A stretch of DNA of 32,452 nucleotides from a virus. Lineage: Duplodnaviria > Caudoviricetes. The stretch spans positions 1 through 32,452 of the IMG/VR virus record IMGVR_UViG_3300037722_000588. One strand, written 5' to 3'. The notes under the pieces are model-generated. The model was not told the origin of the DNA. It saw nothing but the letters and a program-made list of their open reading frames with translations, and made no database searches. Made by a program: the position numbers and the translations under genes. This document shows, piece by piece, positions 9,306-17,148 of the stretch (position 1 is its first letter; every line of letters begins with the position of its first letter).

Positions 9306-10025
9306 ATGAGTAAAAATTCAATCGATACTGATTATCCTGTAGAGGTGGCTGCGGGTGGAACGGGAAGTCAGAGTTTTGTGGCCAACACTCCACTTGTAGG
9401 TGGCACGACCACTACCAATCCCCTTCAATCTGTAGCAAGTGTTGCTGGATCTGGGCAAATATTACGCTCAACGGGAACCTCCAGTATCCCCACGTTCCAA
9501 AATGTTTCTGTTAGTCCTTCGCTTGTATGGCTACAGACACTTTCTGAAGATAACACCTCCAATCCCATCGACTTTACTATCTCATCAACCTACTCGGATT
9601 ACGTGCTTATTATTCATGAGCTTTATCCAACGGTAGGGGGAACTATTCCACAGATGAGATTTTCTACCGACGGTGGAAGCACCTATGTTAATACCACCTA
9701 TTACTCAGGTGTTAACCATCTAGCACTAGGAAGTGCTACGCTCAACAATGTTAATATTACCAGTGGAACCCAGTGGAACATTGCCCCTGCGCTATCTGCT
9801 ACTAATCCTCGATATTATGCCCGCATTAATTTCTTTAACCTCACTAATGGTGACAGGCCATTTTATACAGGGGAATGTATGTTTAGGCTGAATGGTGGAG
9901 CTGTTTATTTTGGATCTATTTTGGGATGGAATGGCAATGCCTCAACCATTGATCGCCTAAGGCTCTTAATCAGTAGTGGAAATTGGGTGGTACGGGCAGC
10001 CTTATACGGCTTAGCTAAATCATAG
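9306..10025 (+). CDS. Tail fibre / receptor-binding paralogue 2 (239 aa)
   Basis: YPVEVAAGGT, GTTTTNPLQ, STDGGSTY and ALYG motifs; AGGAG RBS. Confidence 0.7.
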   Translation: MSKNSIDTDYPVEVAAGGTGSQSFVANTPLVGGTTTTNPLQSVASVAGSGQILRSTGTSSIPTFQNVSVSPSLVWLQTLSEDNTSNPIDFTISSTYSDYVLIIHELYPTVGGTIPQMRFSTDGGSTYVNTTYYSGVNHLALGSATLNNVNITSGTQWNIAPALSATNPRYYARINFFNLTNGDRPFYTGECMFRLNGGAVYFGSILGWNGNASTIDRLRLLISSGNWVVRAALYGLAKS

Positions 10026-10032
10026 GAGTGTA

Positions 10033-10752
10033 ATGGCTACAAAAAATGAATTAGATTCAGATTATCCTATAGAAATTCTGGCGGGTGGAACGGGACGAGC
10101 AAGTTTTTCTGTTCCCTATAGTGTGATATGTGGAGGAACATCAACCACCAACCCACTTCAAGTTATTGCATCATTAGGCAGTAGTGGGCAAGTATTAGAA
10201 AATCAGGGTCCAAGTTTATTGCCCCAATGGGCTAATTTTACTCCCAGTGCAAATGCGGGACTCGTGCTAATTGAAAGCCAACAGGGAGCTGGGGGCGATA
10301 TAGAATTCACTACGGGCATTACTACCACTTACCAGAACTTTATGATTGTTTTTACGAATGTAATTACTTCGGGGACGAGCTTCCAATTCTCTTTAAATGG
10401 TGGCTCTAGCTATGTAAATACTGGCTACTTCGTTGATAACCATTGGCGTGCGTTTAATGCTACAACGTACAATACAAATAGCGCTTCCAATACCACGGCA
10501 TTAGGAATGGGAAGTATAGATTCAGGATTTCCTGTTAATGGTGTATTTACTCTCTATCGTGGATTTGCTGGTGCTTCACCATTTGACCCTGCAATGACAG
10601 GCATGTTCACAGGGCTGCAAAGTGGTGGTACTGATTTAACACTGACGCAATTTATGGGATATCATAATGGAAATATCGACCCTATAAATGCCATTAAGGT
10701 AAGTAATATAACCTCAGGCACAGTAAGTGTGTATGGATGGATATTTAGCTAA
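10033..10752 (+). CDS. Tail fibre / receptor-binding paralogue 3 (239 aa)
   Basis: YPIEILAGGT, GTSTTNPLQ, SLNGGSSY and SGTVSVYG motifs; AGGAG RBS. Confidence 0.7.
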   Translation: MATKNELDSDYPIEILAGGTGRASFSVPYSVICGGTSTTNPLQVIASLGSSGQVLENQGPSLLPQWANFTPSANAGLVLIESQQGAGGDIEFTTGITTTYQNFMIVFTNVITSGTSFQFSLNGGSSYVNTGYFVDNHWRAFNATTYNTNSASNTTALGMGSIDSGFPVNGVFTLYRGFAGASPFDPAMTGMFTGLQSGGTDLTLTQFMGYHNGNIDPINAIKVSNITSGTVSVYGWIFS

Positions 10753-10763
10753 AAGGAGAGAGG

Positions 10764-10967
10764 ATGTTTTGGTTTATGCCTAAATTGGATTTTGACGTGT
10801 TTGTTAAGATTGCGGTAGTATGCTGTGCGGCACTCGTGGGTATGAGTACCTATGTTGTCTTTAAGTATCCCCATGACAATATTATTGAAGAGCACGCAGA
10901 AAAAATTATATACTCGGAAATCGGTTTAGATATTGATCTAAGTCCTACCTCTAAAGAACCTCACTAA
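10764..10967 (+). CDS. Small single-TM membrane protein (possible lysis accessory protein)
   Basis: Hydrophobic VFVKIAVVCCAALVGMSTYVVF; last gene of the late operon; AAGGAG RBS. Confidence 0.55.
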   Translation: MFWFMPKLDFDVFVKIAVVCCAALVGMSTYVVFKYPHDNIIEEHAEKIIYSEIGLDIDLSPTSKEPH

Positions 10968-10988
10968 ATTCATTCTCCTTTTCAGACG

Positions 10989-11020
10989 CCCTTGGCTCGA
11001 ACCCTATAACGAGCCAAGGG
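10989..11020. terminator. Hairpin between convergent operons
   Basis: Perfect 11-bp stem CCCTTGGCTCG/CGAGCCAAGGG with a 10-nt loop; no clear U-tract. Confidence 0.55.
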
Positions 11021-11052
11021 ATCCAGTAATGATGATGGAGTATCAAACCACC

Positions 11053-11265
11053 TCACATACCGTTCAGTCGCTTATTAATAGCTTCTTCTATTTCTTTTAT
11101 GGAGTATGGTTCTTGCACCTCAAGATTCTCCCAGTTGGGATGATGCTCATCTCTACTGACTTGAAGAAACATTGTATGAGACTTACGTATTTTGCAGATG
11201 GTTCCATAAGGTGCTTTATCCAAGGTAGGGGGTTCGCCATGCCGAACTAGTATAAGGCGTGCCAC
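11053..11265 (-). CDS. Hypothetical protein
   Basis: 70 aa; GTG start overlaps the upstream ERF stop codon (coupled). Confidence 0.6.
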   Translation of the reverse strand: MARLILVRHGEPPTLDKAPYGTICKIRKSHTMFLQVSRDEHHPNWENLEVQEPYSIKEIEEAINKRLNGM

Positions 11266-11951
11266 TATCTCTTCCTTCCATACTCCTCTTCTGTGCGCTT
11301 AATCTTGAGGATCTTAGACCGTGCTTTATAATACTCACTCCTTGGCAGATCCGCTAAGGTATCAATGCCATACGCTTCGAGTATATCCTTGGCTAATTTA
11401 GGAAGTCCATCAAGTTCTATAATCAGGTCATTGTACTGATCGGACGTAATCACATCGTTACGATCTAGAGCATCTTTTGCTGGATTGTCTGGCTTGCGCA
11501 TTTCCTTCATGAGATGAACATCGGCAAGCTCTTCGCCATCATCGTCAAATGAATAAGGATCATTTTCTAGCGGCGCTATACCAAGAACCAGCAACGTATG
11601 CCGACGACGGTGTATTTCGTAGATGTTACCAGTTTGTCGCTCGGTAGATCCATGAATAATGCGGCTAAAGGATGAGATGAACTGCCCTGACTCGTGGCAC
11701 AACATCGTCTTAAGGAGTGCAGCACCCGACCCTTCATCAAGCAACTCCACATAGTGAAAGAGTGCTAGACCATTAGCGGAAAGTGCTTCTTTGGTAGCTG
11801 CGAGAATATCTCTAAGTAGAGCAAACTTGCCCCGTGAGGTTCGTCCAGAGGGCACTAACTCCTTATAGGAGCCTTGTGCCTTTGCTAACGCCCCCATAAT
11901 CTTATCTATGTCTGCTGATCGGTAAACGCTATACATCGTGTCCATACTCAT
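11265..11951 (-). CDS. erf: ERF-family single-strand annealing protein, divergent copy
   Basis: ALAKAQG..KFA.L.DIL.A.K.ALS.NGL..LKTML.HESGQFISS...DDDG; the canonical TY.RRY motif is altered to EIHRRRH. Confidence 0.8.
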   Translation of the reverse strand: MSMDTMYSVYRSADIDKIMGALAKAQGSYKELVPSGRTSRGKFALLRDILAATKEALSANGLALFHYVELLDEGSGAALLKTMLCHESGQFISSFSRIIHGSTERQTGNIYEIHRRRHTLLVLGIAPLENDPYSFDDDGEELADVHLMKEMRKPDNPAKDALDRNDVITSDQYNDLIIELDGLPKLAKDILEAYGIDTLADLPRSEYYKARSKILKIKRTEEEYGRKR

Positions 11952-12037
11952 CCTTAAAGTAATAGAGGTAGCAGGTATAACAGGTGGTACGCCACGGATA
12001 CCGTGTTAATTCCTGACATGCTGGACATACCTCTAGG

Positions 12038-12358
12038 TTAATTTTGTCCTGATTGTTCTTCTTCGGTCGGCTCAAGCTTCGCTCCTGCTTTTTTAATAAT
12101 CTCAATAAATTCGTTGTAACCATTAACCGCATTCACTACTGACTGGTGGCGCTGGGCAATAAAATTATAGGCAGGACACAGCTCCCCAAACTTCTCCTGT
12201 ATAGACTCAAGAAGGAAGTTAACCTTGTCCTTGTCTGCCTCATCAAACTCCTTATTGCGGAAGGCATCTAACTCGTTATGGAGATCAACATACTCTCCCC
12301 ATGCCTGAGTAACTTCCTCATTAAGGGCGCCAACCAACTCTTCAATCTTAGTCATCAT
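12038..12358 (-). CDS. Hypothetical helical protein
   Basis: 106 aa, AAAGGA RBS, first gene of the leftward unit. Confidence 0.7.
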   Translation of the reverse strand: MMTKIEELVGALNEEVTQAWGEYVDLHNELDAFRNKEFDEADKDKVNFLLESIQEKFGELCPAYNFIAQRHQSVVNAVNGYNEFIEIIKKAGAKLEPTEEEQSGQN

Positions 12359-12392
12359 ATTCCTTTCTTTACCTTTCTAAAAAACTTGTTTA

Positions 12393-12422
12393 AAATTACC
12401 AGAAATTACCAGAAATTGTCAA
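12393..12422 (-). promoter_or_regulatory. Leftward promoter overlapped by 10-bp direct repeats
   Basis: AAATTACCAG twice plus AAATTGTCAA; minus strand TTGACA, 18 nt, TG-n-TAATTT. Confidence 0.6.
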
Positions 12423-12431
12423 GGGAAATAG

Positions 12432-12623
12432 ATGACAGAGTATGTAACTATTGGAGAAGCTGCTCGCATGTTGGGCGTGAGTCCATCAACCGTTAGAAGA
12501 TTGGGTGAGGAGGGCTTATTAACGGTGTTTAGAAGGCCGACCAAAGAAAATAGTCCGTGGTCTTGGCGCTACTTTAGTCGAACTGAATTAGAAGAATTTG
12601 TATTACCTAAAGGAAGAGCATGA
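12432..12623 (+). CDS. MerR-like / excisionase-type HTH protein
   Basis: YVTIGEAARMLGVSPSTVRRL..EG.L...R...RYF..EL. Confidence 0.85.
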   Translation: MTEYVTIGEAARMLGVSPSTVRRLGEEGLLTVFRRPTKENSPWSWRYFSRTELEEFVLPKGRA

Positions 12624-13228
12624 GCGAATACAGCAAGAGTGAGTCTACCCATATGTCAGAGGACATACGGGAGTTAGGGGCAGCCCTTTTAAGGGCAAAG
12701 AATCAATTTAAGCACATAGAAAAGAGTGGGGAGAACTCTCATCAGCGTTATGAATATGCTCGCATAGGGGATATTTATAACGCTATTGAGGGTGCGCTGA
12801 TGGAAAATAATATTTTGGTTGTTCACGCAGGTGGCGTTACTGAGAAAGAGTATTTAATAACTCGATTGATTCACGTGCCAACGGGTCAGTTTATGCAAGA
12901 TGTTCGGTTGCTGGAAAGTGAGAAACCTGGCAATCAGGCTAAGGGGGCCACTAACACGTATATGCGTAAATATGCCCTCTTATCACTCTGCGCTCTATCA
13001 ACAGAAGATGATGATGGGGCGGCTGAGAGTGAGCATATTAACGAGAAGCCGCTTGTATCTACTGAGCAAGTACAGGAGCTTATAGCCCTTATTAAGGAAT
13101 GTGGTGATCCCAAGAAGGTCTACAGTGATATTAGGGGCTTTAATAAGATAAACGATCTTTATGAACTCAAGAGAGAATCATTTAATAGTGTTAAGTCATA
13201 CATTACCAAAGCACGGGACAAGAAATGA
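12620..13228 (+). CDS. erf: ERF-family single-strand annealing protein
   Basis: AALLRAK..K.G.N..YEYA..DI..L.T.LIH..TGQF..Q..GATNTYMRKYALLSL.AL..EDDDG. Confidence 0.88.
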   Translation: MSEYSKSESTHMSEDIRELGAALLRAKNQFKHIEKSGENSHQRYEYARIGDIYNAIEGALMENNILVVHAGGVTEKEYLITRLIHVPTGQFMQDVRLLESEKPGNQAKGATNTYMRKYALLSLCALSTEDDDGAAESEHINEKPLVSTEQVQELIALIKECGDPKKVYSDIRGFNKINDLYELKRESFNSVKSYITKARDKK

Positions 13229-13309
13229 ATAGGACTTTAAAGAGGGCGCTGAGGAGCTTATGAAGAATTTAGATAAAGAACTAGAGAACCGTAGAACTCA
13301 GGAGAACTC

Positions 13310-14128
13310 ATGAACTACGACGATAGAAAGCCGCCAAAAACTGATACTGAGAGGGTCTTGGAGTTTGTGCAGAAGCATCGACTCAAGCTTGTCCTATGGT
13401 TCGTGCTTATTTTTGTTGTTAATAAGCCGTGGTATACTGTGAGGCCTGGACAAGTGGCGATACGAACTCGCTTCGGCAAGATTGTAAGTGTAGACCGCCA
13501 AGGGGGCCTCTTTTACAAGACGCCATTCATTGAGCGGGTAACCTATCTTAACACTCGTATCGTTAAGGCCCATATAGAAACAAATTCCCTTTCTAAGGAC
13601 TTACAGTTTGTATCCATAGGTATCGCTATTAACTATCAAATAGACGACGCCCTGTTGCTCTATCGTGAGATAGGGAATGACTATGAGAAGGTGGTCATAG
13701 ATCCTCTTGCGCAGGAAAGCATTAAGGCGGTTGTCGCCCGCTATACAGCCGAGCAGCTGATACAGCATCGCCACGAGGCTAAGGATGCGGTGCTCACTGA
13801 TATCAAGGAGCGCTTACTTCCACGCTATATAACGCTCATAGACTGCAACTTTACGCATCTGGATTTCCATCAGGAGTTTATGAACGCCGTTGAGAGTAAG
13901 CAGATAGCTCAGCAAGCAGCAATGACATCCCATAACCTCACCGAGAAGGTTCGTGAGGAGATGCAACAAAAGAAGTTAAAGATAGATATGGATGCCTACG
14001 AGCTCAAAGTACTCCGTGATCAAACAACTCCACTGTTACTTGAGTTGAAGAAGATAGAGAAGTGGGATGGCAAGCTTCCTCGTTTGATGGGTGCTGGGAG
14101 TCCTCTCATAAGTTTTAATAACCCATAA
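13310..14128 (+). CDS. SPFH / prohibitin / band-7 domain membrane protein
   Basis: N-terminal TM helix, VRPG.V.I.TRFGK, SKDLQ.V, IKAVVARYTAEQLI, AVESKQIAQQ, IEKWDGKLP. Confidence 0.9.
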   Translation: MNYDDRKPPKTDTERVLEFVQKHRLKLVLWFVLIFVVNKPWYTVRPGQVAIRTRFGKIVSVDRQGGLFYKTPFIERVTYLNTRIVKAHIETNSLSKDLQFVSIGIAINYQIDDALLLYREIGNDYEKVVIDPLAQESIKAVVARYTAEQLIQHRHEAKDAVLTDIKERLLPRYITLIDCNFTHLDFHQEFMNAVESKQIAQQAAMTSHNLTEKVREEMQQKKLKIDMDAYELKVLRDQTTPLLLELKKIEKWDGKLPRLMGAGSPLISFNNP

Positions 14129-14142
14129 CACGAAAGGACTTC

Positions 14143-14757
14143 ATGAAGAAGTTTCTATTTTTATCCCTCTTGATGGTGGGTAGTATGCAAGCGGTACCGG
14201 TGTACCACATCAATGAGGACAACACGGTTGTGGGGCTTAAGTACCACAACGTACACAGGTTGGTGCGTGAGCTTCCGTATGACAAGGTTGCGGAGGTTCT
14301 TCCTCTGTTGGCCATGCGCATGAGTAGGAACGACGGTGGTGAGTATATGTTGGATGCGTATGTCCGTGGCAATGGTGGTGGGTATATAACGGGCCAAGTG
14401 TTGTATCACGCTACGAGGGTTGCGGGTTATTCGGTCGCTGGAACGGCAGCAGCAACAGCGGCAACAGCAGCAGTAGTCGCTGTAGTAGGTACGGGCGGAG
14501 CAGCAGCTCCTTTGGTGGCAGGAGCAGGTGCAGCGGCATCAGCGGCCGCTACACTCGGTGCAGGCTCAGCGGCAGTTACCGTAGTAGGCGTGGCAGCAGG
14601 TTCAGCGGCAGCCGGAGCGGCGGTAGGTGTAGCAGCAACTGAGCTCGTAGTGGCTACCAGTATGGCAGGTGGCAGTGTTGCCTTTGTTCCGGTGGCTATT
14701 GAGGGTGCAGCTTTCACTATGGGTGCATTGGGTACGGCAGCGTGGTTCTTGCCATGA
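14143..14757 (+). CDS. Secreted protein with Gly-Gly-Gly motif and long Ala/Gly/Val hydrophobic C-terminal half (bacteriocin-like)
   Basis: Signal peptide MKKFLFLSLLMVGSMQA; YVRGNGGG then about 110 nearly uncharged residues. Confidence 0.6.
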   Translation: MKKFLFLSLLMVGSMQAVPVYHINEDNTVVGLKYHNVHRLVRELPYDKVAEVLPLLAMRMSRNDGGEYMLDAYVRGNGGGYITGQVLYHATRVAGYSVAGTAAATAATAAVVAVVGTGGAAAPLVAGAGAAASAAATLGAGSAAVTVVGVAAGSAAAGAAVGVAATELVVATSMAGGSVAFVPVAIEGAAFTMGALGTAAWFLP

Positions 14758-14957
14758 CCTATTTTGAGTATGTTAAGCAGCAGTTCAATGCATATGTCTA
14801 TGCGGTGTGGGGAAGAACGGTCGCCATTTGGTTTCTAGAGACCTTCACGCGGTCAAGGGTCGATCCTCTCGACATTGGCAGTGTGGTTGGCTGGACCTTT
14901 GGGATCATCTTTATCGCAGCGTTCGTACGCTGGTGGTATCATGAGGTGGCACAATGA
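14754..14957 (+). CDS. Small membrane protein
   Basis: ATG 14754 overlaps the upstream TGA; hydrophobic IGSVVGWTFGIIFIAAFV. Confidence 0.55.
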   Translation: MTYFEYVKQQFNAYVYAVWGRTVAIWFLETFTRSRVDPLDIGSVVGWTFGIIFIAAFVRWWYHEVAQ

Positions 14958-15187
14958 AACTAGAACTAGAATACACGCTACAAGACGATACCGTACTGCT
15001 GGAGAAGATAGAGGCGGCTACTAAAAAAGAGGCGCTACAGGCGCTTAAGGCTCGTGTAGCAGATCAGCCGTTTATAGTGGTTGAGGCATGGGATGGCGAG
15101 AGGAGCAGTACGGCTCTTATCAATAGGAGTGCGATCAAGATGATAGAGATATTTGGGAGGGATCACGATGATGGTAACACTGACTGA
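14954..15187 (+). CDS. Hypothetical protein
   Basis: 77 aa, ATGA coupling, GAGGTGG RBS. Confidence 0.65.
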   Translation: MKLELEYTLQDDTVLLEKIEAATKKEALQALKARVADQPFIVVEAWDGERSSTALINRSAIKMIEIFGRDHDDGNTD

Positions 15188-15238
15188 GGTTCTCTTGGCG
15201 GTGATACTGGTAGTCCTGTTGTTGAAGTGAGGACTAAA

Positions 15239-15460
15239 ATGAACTGGATATCAGTAGAAAATGGATTGCCTAGAGATAAAACAGATGTGCTTGTTGTTCT
15301 AGATCTGGGTAAGCCAGAGTATGAGTATGTAATGAGCGCTTACTTTGGAGGAGGTTATTGGTGGCATCCGTCCTGCGCATGTGGAGAAATAGATAGCTCA
15401 AGAATCACTCATTGGATGCCTCACCCTCCTCTACCAGAACCACCAAAGGCCGAAAGTTGA
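15239..15460 (+). CDS. DUF551-family phage protein
   Basis: MNWISV...P....VLV...ITHWMP.P.LPEPP signature; GAGGA RBS before ATG 15239. Confidence 0.85.
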   Translation: MNWISVENGLPRDKTDVLVVLDLGKPEYEYVMSAYFGGGYWWHPSCACGEIDSSRITHWMPHPPLPEPPKAES

Positions 15461-15508
15461 AAGAAGAATCAAGGTTCCAGCGAAGATGCTAACTAACCTT
15501 ACATAACC

Positions 15509-15540
15509 AAAGGGGGCAATCTACAGCCCCCTTTTTGTTT
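15509..15540 (+). terminator. Rho-independent terminator
   Basis: AAAGGGGGC-8 nt-GCCCCCTTT followed by TTGTTT. Confidence 0.8.
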
Positions 15541-15576
15541 GGTATAGTGGGCGCAATAAACTAAGGAAAGGACTAA

Positions 15577-15786
15577 ATGACTAAGGAACAGCTTTTAACC
15601 AAGATTAAAATAGATACGGATACTATTGCCGAGTGTGTCGTTGGGCATCTTCTTGAAAAAAATAGCGACTATTTTTTTATGACGATGTCCAACGACATCA
15701 CCTACTTTGTTTTTAAAGATAAAGATCCAGCGATAAAGTTTGCATTGGAGCGGGCGTTTTGCGAAGAAGCAAACATAAAGGACTAG
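15577..15786 (+). CDS. Hypothetical protein
   Basis: 69 aa, AAGGA RBS. Confidence 0.6.
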   Translation: MTKEQLLTKIKIDTDTIAECVVGHLLEKNSDYFFMTMSNDITYFVFKDKDPAIKFALERAFCEEANIKD

Positions 15787-15978
15787 ATGGACATAAAAGA
15801 ACTAATCAAGGAATGGTATAGGATTGCTTTCTACGCTGTCTGGTGGGACGAGTACATAATTGTTTGTAAGAATGGCTACTATAACCGACTCAGCGTACTA
15901 GAGAACTTATATAGCCTCGGTCACCAAGAAAGCGTTAGAAAATATCATGAGCGGGATAATCACCAACAAGGATTGTAA
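15787..15978 (+). CDS. Hypothetical protein
   Basis: 63 aa, starts directly after the upstream stop; AAAGGA upstream. Confidence 0.45.
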   Translation: MDIKELIKEWYRIAFYAVWWDEYIIVCKNGYYNRLSVLENLYSLGHQESVRKYHERDNHQQGL

Positions 15979-16956
15979 GTGACCTTCATTGATCTCTTTG
16001 CCGGTATTGGGGGCATGCGCCTCGGCTTTGAATCGGCAGGATTTGCCTGTGTCTTTAGTTCCGAGTGGGACAAGTACGCCCAACAGACCTACCAAGCAAA
16101 CTTCAACGAAACTCCCCACGGCGACATAACACAGATACCAGCTAAAGATATACCACCTCACGACATACTCTTGGCAGGTTTTCCATGCCAACCATTCAGC
16201 AATGCGGGACTTAAAAAAGGCTTTGACGATACACGAGGCACACTGTTCTTCGATGTACTACGCATAATCCACCACCACGGCCCCAAGGTTGTCTTTTTAG
16301 AGAACGTTAAAGGGTTAGTATCCCACGACAAAGGTCGTACGCTAGAAGTCATTCTCGAACGCCTAAAATCGTGTGGCTACACCGTTTACTGGAAGGTACT
16401 CAACGCTAAGGACTTCGGTGTACCGCAGAACAGACAGCGTATTTATATCATCGCCTTTAGAGAGAACGTGTTGTTTAGTTGGCCGCAGCCTCCATGCACG
16501 CCTACCAGACTTGGCGATGTGTTGGAGCGTGAAGTAGATAAAAAGTACTATCTCACTGATAAGCAATGGACTTACCACCAAGAACGCAAGGCTCGCCACA
16601 AGGCTAAAGGCAATGGCTTTGGCTATAGTTCGGTCGATGCCGACTCTCCTTATGCACATACCCTTTCCGCTCGCTACTACAAAGACGGTAGTGAGATACT
16701 TATTAAACAGGACAATGCTAACCCCCGTCGACTTACTCCCCGTGAATGCGCACGCTTGCAGGGTTTCCCAGATAGTTTTATCATACCCGTCAGTGATACG
16801 CAGGCGTACAAACAGTTTGGCAACTCGGTTGCAGTTCTTGTTATTAAGGCACTCGCTCACAAAATAAAGGAGACTCTTGAGGCAGATAACCCTACCGCTC
16901 TACACGCCAAGAGATTATCAAATTCCGACAAAGGAACTAAATCTTTTGCTTGGTAG
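15979..16956 (+). CDS. C5-cytosine DNA methyltransferase (Dcm/EcoRII/SsoII/MspI-like)
   Basis: Motif I FIDLFAGIGG, IV GFPCQPFS, VI ENVKGL, VIII QNRQRIY, TRD TLSARYYKDGSEILI, X YKQFGNSV; GTG start with AAGGA RBS. No cognate restriction enzyme seen. Confidence 0.95.
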   Translation: MTFIDLFAGIGGMRLGFESAGFACVFSSEWDKYAQQTYQANFNETPHGDITQIPAKDIPPHDILLAGFPCQPFSNAGLKKGFDDTRGTLFFDVLRIIHHHGPKVVFLENVKGLVSHDKGRTLEVILERLKSCGYTVYWKVLNAKDFGVPQNRQRIYIIAFRENVLFSWPQPPCTPTRLGDVLEREVDKKYYLTDKQWTYHQERKARHKAKGNGFGYSSVDADSPYAHTLSARYYKDGSEILIKQDNANPRRLTPRECARLQGFPDSFIIPVSDTQAYKQFGNSVAVLVIKALAHKIKETLEADNPTALHAKRLSNSDKGTKSFAW

Positions 16957-17148
16957 TCCTGCTGATTAAGTAGGGATCCTGAGTTGTCAGCCGTAAATAA
17001 ATCGTGTATAAAAAGAGTCGCAGCAGGTGTACTGTTGTAGATAAGCTTTTGCGTAACGATACGCAGAAAGTGGGAAATAAAAAGAGGCCAGCTCTTTCGA
17101 ACTGACCATCTTTTTGAAATTAGTATTAATTGTAGTTGTCCTACTCAT

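Noticed and set aside
8578-10752. Possible DGR or invertible tail-fibre shufflon
   Set aside because: No reverse transcriptase, no near-identical TR/VR pair, no invertase or crossover repeats seen; all copies are co-oriented with their own RBS.
11929-12132. Minus-strand Cys-containing ORF (CPAC..CYTC)
   Set aside because: Overlaps both neighbours and has no convincing start; a short real peptide in the 11951-12038 gap cannot be excluded.
15577-16956. Three consecutive in-frame ORFs suggesting stop-codon readthrough or recoding, or a frameshifted MTase N-terminus (MSGIITNKDCK)
   Set aside because: Each ORF has its own RBS, the stops differ (TAG, TAA), TAG ends many other genes normally, and the MTase is complete from motif I at GTG 15979.
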